Positions 34,501 to 47,100 of a DNA stretch of 64,000 nucleotides are shown one piece after another. The translations under genes and the position numbers were made by a program. The notes below the pieces were generated by a model. The model saw nothing but the letters and a program-made list of their open reading frames with translations, was not told the DNA's origin and searched no databases. Origin of the DNA: Chrysemys picta bellii (Eukaryota); contig NC_088806.1 of assembly GCF_011386835.1 (NCBI RefSeq), positions 27,156,001-27,220,000 of the forward strand, written 5' to 3'. Every line of letters starts with the position of its first letter. Position 1 is the first letter of the stretch.

Positions 34501-35462
34501 AGCATGTCTGCACCTAGAAATGCTAGTCAGAATGAGAGCTCCAGTAGCATGAGAGCAATTAAGAGTGAAAATGCAAAAAAAAAAAAATCTATTGGGACAC
34601 AGGTTTATTTATTTTAAAAACTGTACATAGTAGAATTGCCAAATCTAGCACTTATCTGATTCCTGGTAGTCACAGATAAGGAGTTCTTAGTACGTTTTGC
34701 AGCATTATGTTATGTTTTCCATGCTCTGGGTTGGTTAAAATGCCTTTGAAATGTCCTCTCATCCCAATTATAAAGTATGGACCCAAACTGTTAAGTGGTG
34801 AAGTTAAAAATGCAGCCAACTTATCTGACATAGCATCCATATGTCTGTCCTGAAAGGAGCTCAGGGTAGATGGGCTTGATTGATGCTTTGAAACAGGGAA
34901 TGCTAATTTAGAATCTGCCCAGGCCTCTATTCTTTGTTCCTGTTACAGTGACCAGCAAGAGAAAGATGAACAAAACGCTGTCAATGGAAAGAGGAAATCT
35001 CACCCAGGAAAACAATCTGTGCCTGAGTCACTCAAACGGAAGAGGCCAAAGAAATCACAGAAGAAGAAGCAGAAAAAAAGATCACACAAAAAGCGAAAGA
35101 AGAGAAAAAAGGAGAAGGTGAAGGCCTCATCAGATTCTTCCCAGGAAAGCGAGTGTTCAGAGGAGGGGACTTCGGGCACCAGGAAAGGGAAACACAAACA
35201 CAAGCACAAGAAGAAGACCAGGAAAAGGCTTGCAAAGGAACCTGCCTCTTCCTCTGGGCAGGAAAGTGACTCTTCCAGTGTGAGCAGCTCTGAGGACAGC
35301 GAACCTGAGGAGAAAAAGGAAAAGTGGTCTAAGAAAAAAAGGAGGAAATGCCCTGTGTCCGCCTTAGAGAGGCACAATGAGATTCAGAAGAAGCAAAGCA
35401 AGAGGAAGAACTGGAAAGTGGCAGCTGATGAGAAGTCGGAGGACAGCTCAGATGAGGACTAA
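28546..35462 (+). CDS. NKAPD1: NKAP domain-containing protein 1 (C11orf57), 298 aa, 5 coding exons
   Basis: Exons 28546-28614, 30780-30880, 32716-32874, 33979-34032 and 34949-35462; 897 nt in frame. [39 protein letters not shown]...[13 protein letters not shown]...[21 protein letters not shown], then a Lys/Ser-rich C-terminus ending [17 protein letters not shown]. Confidence 0.95.
28697..28783 (+). mobile_element. Penelope-derived short repeat fragment (same family as 48338-48556)
   Basis: ctctctgtaaactcaaaagcttgtctctttcacaaacagaagttagtccaatcagagatattagcttatcccccttgtc aligns by eye with the right arm at 48489-48556. Confidence 0.6.
31045..31628 (-). mobile_element. Solo LTR in NKAPD1 intron, antisense to NKAPD1
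   Basis: TG...CA termini (tgtaaca / ccatcaca); 5-bp flanks cctgt / cctat (one mismatch); minus-strand CCAAT boxes at 31555-31551 and 31527-31523 and TATAAAA at 31504-31498. Confidence 0.65.
32000..32405 (+). mobile_element. AmnSINE1-like ancient SINE (5S rRNA-derived head, Deu domain)
   Basis: gatctcacaagctaagcaggatc resembles 5S rRNA gatctcggaagctaagcagggtc; Deu-domain-like tcattaaagaccccatggcactttt...gttaaccctggtattctcaccaatttcc. Confidence 0.7.
32960..33130 (-). mobile_element. MIR/CORE-type SINE remnant
   Basis: atcatccccattttacacgtggtaaagtgaggtacagggagacttaagtaacctgtccagtgtcatac. Confidence 0.55.
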
Positions 35463-38400
35463 CAAGAGGCCGTGAGTCTGGGGCCATGGGTGAAATTGCA
35501 CGTCAGCGAATGGAGGCTGATGTTTTCTCCCGACACTGCCCTGTGGTACAAACATGGTGCCTAACTGATTTCTGGAGCACAGAACTTTATACCCTGCCAG
35601 CCCACAGGTATGGGCTCTGCACCTTGCTGGCTCACAGAGGGCACCTCTTTGGTTTTTGCTGGTTTAAAACCAGGAGAGCTGAAAGGCCTGCGGAGAAGAT
35701 GCCTGTCCCTCAGGTCGCATCTCCTGCCCACCCACCCCAGACTCCTGACTCTATAATAGGTCTGATTTCATGGCCATATTCAGTTTTAATTGACAGTTCC
35801 TGTGGGCCATCTTCAGAAGGGAAACGGGTGCATTGGCACCATCTCTAGGTTTTTTAAAATTGTTCCTCTTTTCATGCATAACCACGTAATGACCAAGACA
35901 CAATTGCAATAAAGAGCAGAGGCCACAGCTTCTGCCAACCTGATTACAAAGGATGTGCCATTGGATTTAACAGCAGGGGCCCTTCACTGCAGCATTATCC
36001 CCGTGATGAAAATAAACGGATGTGGTCCCATGTGGACAGTCGAAGTAAGGAGGAGGCACTTGTCTGGAACAAGGAAGGGCAGGTGGGGTGTCACAATTCT
36101 AGCTGCAGGTGTGGTGACCCCACTGCAGTGGTTTGTTTCAAACTTACCTCAGATCCCCTACCTCTGCCCTTGGTGTGACTGACTTTCCCTCCTTCCTATC
36201 AGTAACACGTTCCTCTGGATCCACTTGTGCTGATGGACAGGCCTCTGATAGGTTTCCTGTTCTGTCTCTGGCTGGCCCAGTGTGTTTGACACAAAGATTG
36301 GGATACGGGGAGGGCGGGGGGCGGAATGAACCCTTTCTCCCTGCAATAAACATGAAGATTCCATTTGTACTTTCCTTTTGAAATCTGATCTCTTTACCAC
36401 CACTTTAGCGCAAGACCCAGGGACAGAGCATGGATGTGTTCAGGGGTTCTAAAAGTCTGGTCAGGGCTGCTCCTCTCTTTGTACAATATGTTCACCACTG
36501 ATCAGGTTCCATAGACCTGTGAATATGTTTTGTGGAGCCAGTCTGTATATAGGAGATTGCATCCCTGCTTAATACCCTCCAGTAGAAGATGGCAAAGGAG
36601 ACTCTTAGCACATACAGTCTCATACCCCACGTTTCTCTGAATTTCCATATGCGACAGTAGGTGGTGTCTATGCTCCCAGAATGTGGAGGTCTTGAATCTC
36701 TCTAGATCAGAATTGAGGTGTCTGGGCTCCCCGATATATAAACTATGGTCTCAAACCTTTCACAGAGCCTTTTCTCTGTGTGTGTGCTTGCATATATGTA
36801 AGCCGTGGAAATGCGATGGGATTACAAATCTGTGCCCAAGTCAAGAGGAAACACCATTCTTACGAGAGTTCAGATCTGTACATGTCTTGGGATCCTTCTT
36901 TGACTTAGCTTTGTTTGAGTGAAGTTTCAGTTGAAGGCTTTTACCACTGAGTTTGGACAGTGCTAAATGCTTCTCTGGTCTGAGCAGTGTAGATTACTGC
37001 TCTGACATATTGAGGTTGGGGCATGCTTTTGTATTAAAAACTGTTACCTATCCTCATTCTGCTAATTCATGAACTAATCATTTTCCCAGTTGTGCTTCTG
37101 CAGCGCCATGAAGGCAGGTTATCCACATAGGTAAGGGTTTTATAGGTTTTTTCCTCTGAACTTCTTGTTGAGACAGCACTTGCAGCTCCCGGGGCTGCAG
37201 ACGAAGTGCCTCGCTCATACCTACCTACCTGTTGGGTCTTTGTGAGTGGAATTAATGTTTGTACATTCCCTGGCAGATGGAAATTGCCTGAGATTCCAAT
37301 TCTTAACTCCCCAATCTTATATCACTGTAGCTCTGTTGACTTCTGTGGAGTTATTCCTGATTTCTGGGAGAGCAGAATCAGGCCCTGAGGAATTAGAATC
37401 AGGGTGGTGAGCCCCAAAGGACCAGTCTTCAGCTGGAGGAATAGTGCCTGGGATATGGGCTTCAGCATAGAATGGGGGAATACCTGGGGCTCCGAGAGGT
37501 AAGGGGGATCTCAATGTGAGTTCAAAACTAGATAGCAGAAACTCAACATCAGGGTAGTTTATCTTCTAGTGGGAATGTCTTATATGTCAGCCTGACAAAC
37601 AAATCTTCTCTGCCTTACTGTCTATAATCTGCTCCATCAGAGAACTAGTAGATACTTGGGAGGAAGGGGAGGGAACCTGGATAAATACATAATAGCCCAG
37701 ATCCTTGGTCTTTGTTTAAATTTGTTGTCTCTCTTTCTCCACCTGTAGTAGGTGAAGCTTTTTTAGGTCTTCCTGTGCGTATGGGCTGACACTGATAAAA
37801 TGGAGGGACGTCATTGTAGTGTCTGTCATTCCGTGTCCCCCTCCCCCAGTGCTTGGTCTACATTCTGTCATCCACTCCGTCTTCTAGAAGGCCAGTGTTT
37901 GTGACTTCCTTTCCAGGGCACGAATATGTGGGCAGCTCCTTCTCTGATGGGGTTAAGCAATGTCCTATTTCTCTAAGGTCCTGTCTCCTGGTGCAGGGAT
38001 TTCCATGGGCTGGAAGGGGAGCTGTCAATGGTTCCTTTCTAGTTCAGTATGAGAGCCACTTCTCTATTGCAATCTGCAGAAATATTAATGCAATAACCAT
38101 GCAGCACTTTTTCACGCATCACAAGAGAAGTGTTCAAGGAGATTTTTATTTTTATAAAGAAATCCTCTACAGAAAGATTTTAAAATAGGAAATGTATAAC
38201 TGCAGAAGATAATAGATTCATATATTGCACTGGACCCAGTGTGGACTTTATGGGTGGATTTTAGGGCAGGACTGAATGTTGGACCTCAGTGATCCTACTA
38301 TCCTATACGGTCCAGCTCCTAATGCAACCAGTGAATAGAGTGCTTGGTATGTCACTACTTTTGCTTTGAGGACCAGTGTCTCCAGGCATTTGAACATTGG

Positions 38401-38944
38401 CTGCCTCATGCTTCTTCATCCTAAGAACATATGCCAGTTGGGCTCCTGCCAGTTAAAGGCATTTACTCAGGATAATGGGCTGGCCAGAATGGGCTTCAGG
38501 GCCTTTTACCCAGCCCTGGCCACTATTTATTTACCAAGGATGATCCTAACTTTGCCTTTCTTTTCCCTTAACGCAGCAGTGTCCACAGTACTAAATCTCT
38601 GCCTGAAGCTGCTGGAACGGTGCTCCATAATAGTCCTTGTTGAACAGACAAGCAATTCACGTATGAAGTTGCCCTCTTTTTTTCTACCCTTTCCCCAAAT
38701 CTGTTAAAGAGCTTGTGTGTCTGCGAGTCTAGTACCCTCCAGGTCTGTTTGGATAATCTCCTACCCAAGGCACACTCCAAGGTTTCCTGCTCCGTATGAT
38801 GTTGTACTACCACCATTGAACGTATTTTTGAAGAGAATTCTAAGAAGTTGCCAGAGAAGGCAGGGTGGGTTGTATATCCTTTCTATGAAACTTAAGTACA
38901 GGATTTTTAGTGTGTGTGTGTATATGTGAAAGACGGTGATGGAT

Positions 38945-38984
38945 GCATCCGAAGAAGTGGGTATTCACCCATGAAAGCTCATGC
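38945..38984 (+). ncRNA. Minimal type I hammerhead-ribozyme-like motif in a Penelope-derived repeat (repeat extends to about 39040)
   Basis: Stem I GCAU/AUGC; core CCGAAGA (CUGANGA with U4C); stem II GUGGGU/ACCCAU; GAAA; GC-UC triplet region. It is followed by ctgttagtctataaggtgccacaggactc, the same repeat tail as at 55335. Confidence 0.55.
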
Positions 38985-40125
38985 TCCAATACGGCTGTTA
39001 GTCTATAAGGTGCCACAGGACTCTCTGCTGCTTTTACAGTGATGGATGTTCACCTTATTAGATAACATAAGTCCTGATTGGCTCACAGAATAAACCAGAC
39101 TTTTCAAATGTGTGGTCAATTTATTTACAGTCACTGCTCACCAGGTTAGGCTAAATTTGTGTAAAATATCAACATGAAGATCATTAAATAAGACTGCATC
39201 CATTCTTGTACCTTTAAACATAAGTAAAGGGAAATCTAGTTTAGTCTCTCAAACACCCATCAGACTTCTGCATTGTACTATAACAGACTCAGATAACTGG
39301 GAGTCTTCTGTCATTTGCATTAGTGTATTGCCAAATTAAGTGAGGGTTAACCCAATGAAAAGGCTTCTGTAATAGGGTCTTCCACCTGTTTGACTAGATT
39401 TAGTTAAACCAGTACAACTTTTCTAATACAGACAAAATCTCAGATACTGTATCAATTTACATGGACATTTTGAAGATTTTCTTTATAACCAGTGGGGCTA
39501 TAACCAATTTAAAAGAAAAGGAAAAAAAAGCTTGGAGTGTGCAGCAAAGTTCACAGCCACAGAACTGTGCAATAGACTAGGCCCTAGTAACAAGCCTTTT
39601 AACCAGTTTCACTTTTTGGTTTTCATGCATTATCCTACTGTACAGCTCCTAGGTTTAGGCTTCAAACACTCCAGCAAAACAAGTGTTTTCATTCATTTAT
39701 TAGTTCATTTTGAAATCATTTATATTCATATTACATTTTTTAAATTTAATTTTGATGCTAAGATACTGTGCCCATCCCCTGTGTCAGCAGCAAGCACCAT
39801 CTCTTCTCTACTTTCCTCTAATTAAATAAAAGACATGGAAAGGCAGTGATATACACTTTCACAGCACAAGACTTGTTTGGACAAGTGTTCCTGATGGTTT
39901 ATTAAATTGCAGTACGATGACACATTTATGAACAGTTCAATGCAGCTAAAGAATTCACAGGGACAATTGTGCTTTCTGCAAATGATTGTTCAACCACTTC
40001 TGCATTTTGTGAAAGTATCAGATAAAATGTAGCTTAGAACATGTGATGATGCTCCACCGACAGCTGATAAGTCCATTGACCTGAATAGGAAAGATTGGGT
40101 TGTCCGGAGTTGGGAAATGCAGTAA

Positions 40126-41032
40126 TCAGTGTCCTCCTTTCTGTACAATCTGAGCAAAGCGATTAGTGATGGATAACGTGGTATCAATGAATCTGTCCAC
40201 ACAGCTGGCTAGACAGCCTTCTGTTCTGGAGTCCAACTTTGAGCCAGGTTTGTCCACACATTTGTCCCAGCAAACCTCCATGAAGTTATGAACCTAGATG
40301 TGAACAGGAAACATGTTAGTTACTACTATTTAATCAAATATTTTACAGATGGGGAAGCTAAAATATGAGAGGGGTACAACAATCACTTGTCTAGGAGTCC
40401 TGCCAGAACACCATCCTTTCCCCTTGTGCCTTATCCTTGAAGGGACCATCACCCTCGGAACTGAGAAGTTCAGTCACTGTGGCTGTGTACTTGGTCCTTC
40501 TGCTGACACGCAGAAAAGGGTCCATTAATGCCAAAGACTGTGTGATTTCTATGCTGTATGCATCTACTTATTAGGGACTGAACCAAGTCACTGTCTCACA
40601 TTGCCCCCCCCCCCCCTCCATTTCCCAAAACGAGTGTCAAGGGATAGGTACAGGGGGCTGCCTTGCTCTCTCTCTGGGAGGGTTACAAGCAGGGCTTCAT
40701 CTGTAACGAAAGAGTTGCTGCGGCTCAAGCCATTTTTTTACATTCCTAACGGATGGCGCAAGCCCAGAGGTGCCAGCACCGGGGATAAGTATCTAGGGGG
40801 GAGAGGAACCCCTTGGGGGAGGGGTGGCAATAGGGGTCCCAGTGCCTGAGGCTCTGGACCCGTTGGGGCTCCACGAGGCGTGTGCAGGGCGGGCTGGGGG
40901 CTGCCCGTCGCGGGCCTGGGAGGAAGGTACCTGAGCGGTGAACTGCGCCCGCTGTTGCTCAGCGGCCACCAGCCGCTGCAGCTCGGAGACCGCGGGGTCC
41001 CGGCCCCCGTCCGGGCCGCCGAGCTCCTCCAT
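40126..41032 (-). CDS. TIMM8B: Mitochondrial import inner membrane translocase subunit Tim8 B, 89 aa
   Basis: Minus-strand exons 41032-40931 and 40293-40126: [34 protein letters not shown]|[55 protein letters not shown]; twin CX3C motif. Confidence 0.96.
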
Positions 41033-41198
41033 GGGGCAGGCGAGTCCGGCCGCGGTGACCTTCACCGGCGGAACCGGAAGTGAAGGGGCCCGTCCCTCGC
41101 GCACGGGGCCAACCCGGCTCCAGCCGCGGGTCTGTTTCCGCTTCCGGGTGCCCTGGTGCCCTTGGGGCCGTGAGGGCGGGGGAGGGTCAGACGGCAAG
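41033..41198. promoter_or_regulatory. Compact bidirectional promoter of TIMM8B and SDHD (166 bp between the ATGs)
   Basis: ERR-type TGAAGGTCA (minus strand, 41064-41056); GABP/ETS ACCGGAAGTG at 41073-41082 and GCTTCCGGGT at 41140-41149; YY1-type CAAGATGGCGGC at 41195-41206 overlapping the SDHD ATG; CpG island. Confidence 0.75.
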
Positions 41199-44100
41199 AT
41201 GGCGGCGCTGCTGGTGCGGGGGGGCCTGTGGCGGCCCCGAGGCGGGGGGCTGGGTGAGTGTCGGGGGCGCGGGGGGCTCAGCCCGGCCCCTCCATGGGGC
41301 TGCCCTGGGCCAGGGCTGCGGGGTCTGTTCCCAGCTCCGGCGGTGACTCGCGGTGGGGGCCTCGGCAAGGGTGATGCGGGACAACGATAGTGACGACCCC
41401 CTTTGCGGCCAGGGGCGGGGGGCAGATACCCGCCTGCCTGGGCCTGAGCGGGTCTTGGGGGGGGCCCTCGCGGTCTCCCCCACCCCCAGCTTCTGCCTCC
41501 CCACTAACCCCCGTGACTCGCGCTGATCAGAGCCGCCCCCCCCTTGCAGGCTGGCTGTGGGCGGCTGTTGCTTTTTTCCAGTCTCCCCCGCTGCTGTTTA
41601 TATGGCTTGTTACCCCAAGGCGCTAAGGTGGGTTGGAGCCTCTTGTGCTGGGTGCTGTACAAACGCAGAGCCAGGGATGCTCCCTGCCCCCAGAGAGTTT
41701 ACAGCCTCTAAACCAGTGGTTCTCAGCCAGGGGTACGCGGAGGTCTTCCAGGGCATAGCTCAACTCCTCTAGATACCCCTCTACCCCAACGTAACGCTCT
41801 CCTCCGGAGCCAAAACATCTTACCGCATTATAGGTGAAACCGCATTGTATCAAACTTGCTGTGATCCGCCGGAGTGCGCAGCCCCCCGAAGCACTGCTTT
41901 ACTGCTTTATATCCAAATTCATGTTATATCGGGGTAGAGGTATATTTGCCTAGTTTTACAACAGGCTACATAAAAAGCACTAGAAAAGTCAGTACAAACT
42001 AAAATTTCATACAGATAATGACTTGTTTACACTGCTCTATATACCATACACTGAAATGTTAGTACAATGTTTATATTCCAGTTAATTTATTTGATAAAAA
42101 TGAGAACATAAGCAAGTTGTCATAGTGTGCAGTGACACTTTTGTATTTTTATGTCTGATTTTGGAAGCAAGTCGTTTTTTAAATGAGGTGAAACAAGACA
42201 AATCAGACTCCAGAAGGGCATACAGTAGTCTGGAAAGGTTGAGAGCAACTGCTCTAAGCTATCTGTTAGTTCACCCTTTGTCAACTGTAATTGCGCGGCA
42301 CTCCACCTGCCTGTGTGAGCTTTAGAGAGGTAGTAAAATAAAACTCATTTGAGGGCCCTTTGTGAAAGGCATAGCACTATTACTGCTTAACTATAGATGT
42401 GCAGAATATTTTATTATGTGTCAGCTATGCTAAGCCATTGAATGAGTCAATGCCACAAAGATCTGGCAGCTTAAAGGTGCAAACAAGCATCAGAAAGAAC
42501 ACACCAGACCTACTTTGAAAATCAGATCTTTGAAAATACTGTAGTCCCCCAGAACAGTTTATTGAGCAGGTCTTTTCTAATGTAGCCTGTTTAGCTCATG
42601 AAATGAAGGCAAGATTTCCCTAATGCTCACAACATAGCTGCAAAGTTTGTCATGCCAGAGTTGGTGGCTAATGTTCTTGTCTCAGATTCCTTGAAGCACT
42701 GTTTTGGGTGCAGCTTGCCTCACTCTTGGAGGCATGGGGCTTTGGATATTAAATCCTTGGTAGGGAAACTCTGAAGCATGTGTACACCAGGCTTGTTAGA
42801 AATATTGCAAATAACACATTTACACACACACGCACCAAGGTGTTATTTGTGGGGTATAATTTGTATTCCCTATTCTAACTTTGTGCATCCTTTCTTCTGA
42901 AGAAACCACTGGCTTTCCTTTTCAGGAAGCCCTCTGGACTCTTACTGCTTATTGATTAAGATGCTGATTGCTGTAGTTTAACTTCCAGGGATTTACCTTT
43001 AAGTTTTGGGGGTGTAAAAGGCAACTAATCAATCTTTGTTCCATTGACAGTTCTTCTCAGTAAAAGTCTGTTGACCAGACCTGTGGTTGCCTGTACAACA
43101 ACCTTGGATCGGCCAACTCCGGCACATCAAATTCACATCTCTCCCAGGAGCTATGGTATGTTAGTCTAAGTTGGGACAAAAGTTCTGTTGATAACCACTT
43201 GGGAAGCTGCTATTCTTTATCTATATTATTGGTTTTATGTGAGATTTGATCCTGACCTTTTCAACCAGCTCAGTCACCCTAGTCATTACAGTGTTTTCTT
43301 GGCCCCATGGAGTGATTTGTATGGTCACAGATAAGAAATTGCCTTATCTACTCACTGCACCTAAATCTGAACAAGCTTTTGATTTAAAATCAATTGACAT
43401 AATTTAAATTGGGAGTTGGACAAGAAAACATCTACAGTATAATTCGATGCTACAGACATTTGCAAATTGCTGTGAGGTTTTTCTCTTGTTTTGAAGGGCA
43501 TGGAAATTGGTATTGCCTGAAAATTCAGGCAGTCATCTCTATGAACAGGAAATAGTGCTGTTATGGTTTATTAGACCTCACTTTGCACTTTATGGTTTCT
43601 GCTGAAAACTTCATGATTCTTTCTGTCAGCCTAAAACTAACTCCTCGGTAATCTCACATGCAATGTCATTTTATTACAGTATGCAGGAAAAGTGTCATTC
43701 TAAATCCAGCTTTTTTTTTCCTTAGCATCTTTCTTAAATTGTATATATTGACTGAGTTTCAAACAAACATTCTCAGTTTACTAACAAACATGTTAGTTTT
43801 ATCAAGTCAATTTCCACAGACATCCACAAGATAGGAAAAGGGAAGATAGATTGAAGAATGGGTGATGCTTTTTATGGCCCTGTCAGATCAATGGTGATTG
43901 TTGTAAGCTTGGTGCAGAAATTGTGGCTCCCCTGGTGGACAGGAGCTTCTGGTCCATCTGAGGTCAGGCTAGAAAGATTGAATTGGAGGCAAGATTCATT
44001 GCTGGACAAAATTTCCTTTCTCCACGTAGCAGGAATCAGTGGAGAGTGGTGTAAGATAAACAGGCAAAGACCAAAATCCAGGACTGTCATAATGTAGGCC

Positions 44101-47100
44101 ATTAAACCTGAGAAATACTATGACCAGGGATTAATTAGGATTTTATATCCTTTAAACCCAAACTTTTCCTGTCATGACCCCCCCTTACCAGTAATGGAAT
44201 CTGCCTGTCGTCCCCCCCCTTCCATTACTGCACAGTTGGCTCAGCAGGGGAGCTTGGGCTGAAGGCAGAGCTGGAGGTAGAACTGGGGATGGGGGAGGAG
44301 CTGGGGCTAGAGATGGATGTGGTCTATGGGTGGAGAGGGTATGAGGGTAGAGCTGGGCTCAAGCTGAAGCGGGGCTGTGGCTGTGGCTGGATCTGGGCTG
44401 GGGATGGAGCGGAGCTGTGGCTGGAGCGGGCTTGTTGGCAGAGTGGAGCTGTAACTGGGGCTGGAGCTGGGCTAGGGGCGGAATGGAGCTGCAGCTGGGG
44501 GCGGAGCTAAGCTGGGGGCATATCGGGTCTGGGTGGCGTTCCCCGCCTCCTGTAGGGGTTGGCCTGGGCCCTGTTGTGCACCCCCAAACATTCTTCCGTG
44601 CCCCCTGGGGGGCCTGCCCCATAGTTTGGGGACCTCTGTTGTAACGTATGGCAGAAAATAGAAAGAAGAATGCAGACACAAACTAAACAAACCGATAAAA
44701 AGTGACATTCAAGCTGTCCCCACTAATTTTCCCCTCCAAGTTTTCTACTTTCTCGTACTATGGAAACTACTCACGCTGTGTTAACAGTTCTTTCCACAGA
44801 CTATATCTACTTGAAACAACGCGGCCTTGGACAGTCTCAGTATGTAAACAAGTCAAACTCAAAAAAAGTTTGCTACATTTATGTCAAGAAGAAACTTGTT
44901 GCATGCTGGAAAATGTTTCTCGAAGTTCATGGTAGTAACGCATTAGTCCACTACAGTTGTTTTGCTGGTGATCTTTTTGTTCCATTGTCACAGCAGTTCT
45001 TGTCTAATATCGGTCACCCTGTGCAGAGCAGGAGAAATTCCATGTCTTCTTTTTGGTACAGTTCACATTATATCTCTTTTCCAGCTCATGATTTCAGGTT
45101 GATCAAATAGCAGTAAGCATTTAGACAAGTGATCTAATGTGTGTTTAAAATCAGTTCTTTGTAACTTTATGCTGTTAGCACTCTGCTATTGAGTGCCAGT
45201 GTATTGTAAGGTGTCCTGCTTCCCTCAGTGTATGTCAACATCTCTTAGAACCATATTTCTTCTAGTGATGTCCAAAATGTATAGGAAAAGTAGGCAAGGT
45301 TACAAAGAACCCAAACTACCACTTCTGTGCTTGTCTGAGTCACTTTCTGTGGAAACAGAACTGTGTACTGGTAGTTGTCTATGGAAGAGGACTGACATCA
45401 TGGGGCCTCTTAGGCTACTTCTAGGCACTGAATATCTGGGGAAGTCCCAGAGGTTCCAGTCCCTACTCTTGTTAAGATAACACCAATCCTAATTCATGCA
45501 CTCAGCTCTTCATGTAGTTATCACAGAGGAATCGGATACTTAACAGATACAGCACACTGCGTGCATAGGTCTTAAAACATTTCACAAAGAAAGGGGAGGG
45601 GTTTCAATATCATTATCCCATATCACAGGTGGAAAACTAAGGCACAAAGAAGGGAGGTGGCTTTCCTTGGGTCACACAGTTGATGGGAGAACTGGAAATA
45701 GAACCAATGCATCTTGGTGCCTAGTGTTCTTTCCTCTCCATCCTGTTACGCTGCTTCATTGTTCTTCATCCACTCCTTTCAAACTGTCATGTACTAAGCA
45801 GGGCCCTCAGTGATGGTCACAAGGAGGCAGAACTGGCAAGCACTGCATCTGCAGGCAGTTCATGATACACTTAAGCACTAGGGCAACAACCTTTACTATT
45901 GTTTTCAAAAATGCCTGTTCTGTGGTGTTGTGAAAGGGCCTGTTATTGAACAGCAGGCCATGAAACTAACAAAGGTGGCATTTCCTTTGGCCTCATCTAT
46001 CAGCTTTTTCAGTCTATTGTTGTCTGTATCCTAATTAAAAGAACTTTACTTTCTGAACAACAGAGGGAGCATTCAGAAAAGAGATATTTAAAACAAGCAT
46101 TTAAGGTGGTATTTAAAATAGGAATATTTAACACAAGAACCTGGGGTAACCCAGTGAAATTAGTAGGCAGCAGGTATCATGAAACAAGAGGAAGTACTTT
46201 TTCACGTGATGCACAGCTAACTTGTGAAACTCATTGCCGGGGAAGTTGTGATGGGCAAAAGTATAACAGGGTTCAAAAAAGAATTAGATAAGTTTATGGA
46301 GGATAGGTCCATTAATGGCTGGTAGCCAAGATGGCCAGGAATGCAACCCCATGCTCTGTGTCCCCCTAAATCTCTAATTGTCAGAAGCTGGGTCTGGACG
46401 ACAGGATGGATCACTTGATAATTGCCCTGTTCTGTTCATTCCCTCAGAAGCATTTGGCACTGGCCACTGTCAGAAGACAAGCTACTGCGATAAATAGACC
46501 ATTGTTCTGACCCAGAATGACCATTCTTCTGTTCTTATGAATATGATTTGTAGCAATAAGTCAAAGGCAACCTGGTTTTGCCCAGCTAAGGGCTGTGTAT
46601 CTAGGTCTGAGAAAGCACCTAGTTGCACAAAACTGGTCAGAATGAGCTAACCATTGTTCAGACTGGGATATTGTGAGCAGAAACTCTGTGTTGAAAATGC
46701 TTTTTTTTTCAGCCGGTTCCAAGGCTGCATCTCTGCACTGGACGAGTGAGCGAGCTGTCAGCGTCCTCTTGCTGGGTCTCTTCCCTGCAGCCTATCTGTA
46801 TCCTGGACCTGCCATGGACTATTCACTGGCTGCAGCCCTCACACTCCACGGTCACTGGTAAGCGTAGGTGTGAAAACGTCTGGTAGATGTCTCACCAGGA
46901 CCAGCCAGAGCTACTCTTTGGGCTTATAGTCCTAGGTGCAAAAGGAGCTGAGCAGCAAATCTGTGTGCATCAGGAAGTTCACATTAGAACACCTGGTAAA
47001 ACACAAGAGCAAAACTCTTATTCCTTGTGTTATTGTGACTGGCATCTTGGCCTGTTATAGCCTTGACCAGACTAACACCAGGTAGGGTCTTTGTCATTTT

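Noticed and set aside
35000-35377. Antisense Phe/Ser/Leu-rich ORF
   Set aside because: It is the mirror of the Lys/Glu-rich last exon of NKAPD1.
40793-41626. Several overlapping 67-191 aa ORFs at TIMM8B/SDHD
   Set aside because: CpG-island ORFs; only the TIMM8B and SDHD first exons within them are supported.
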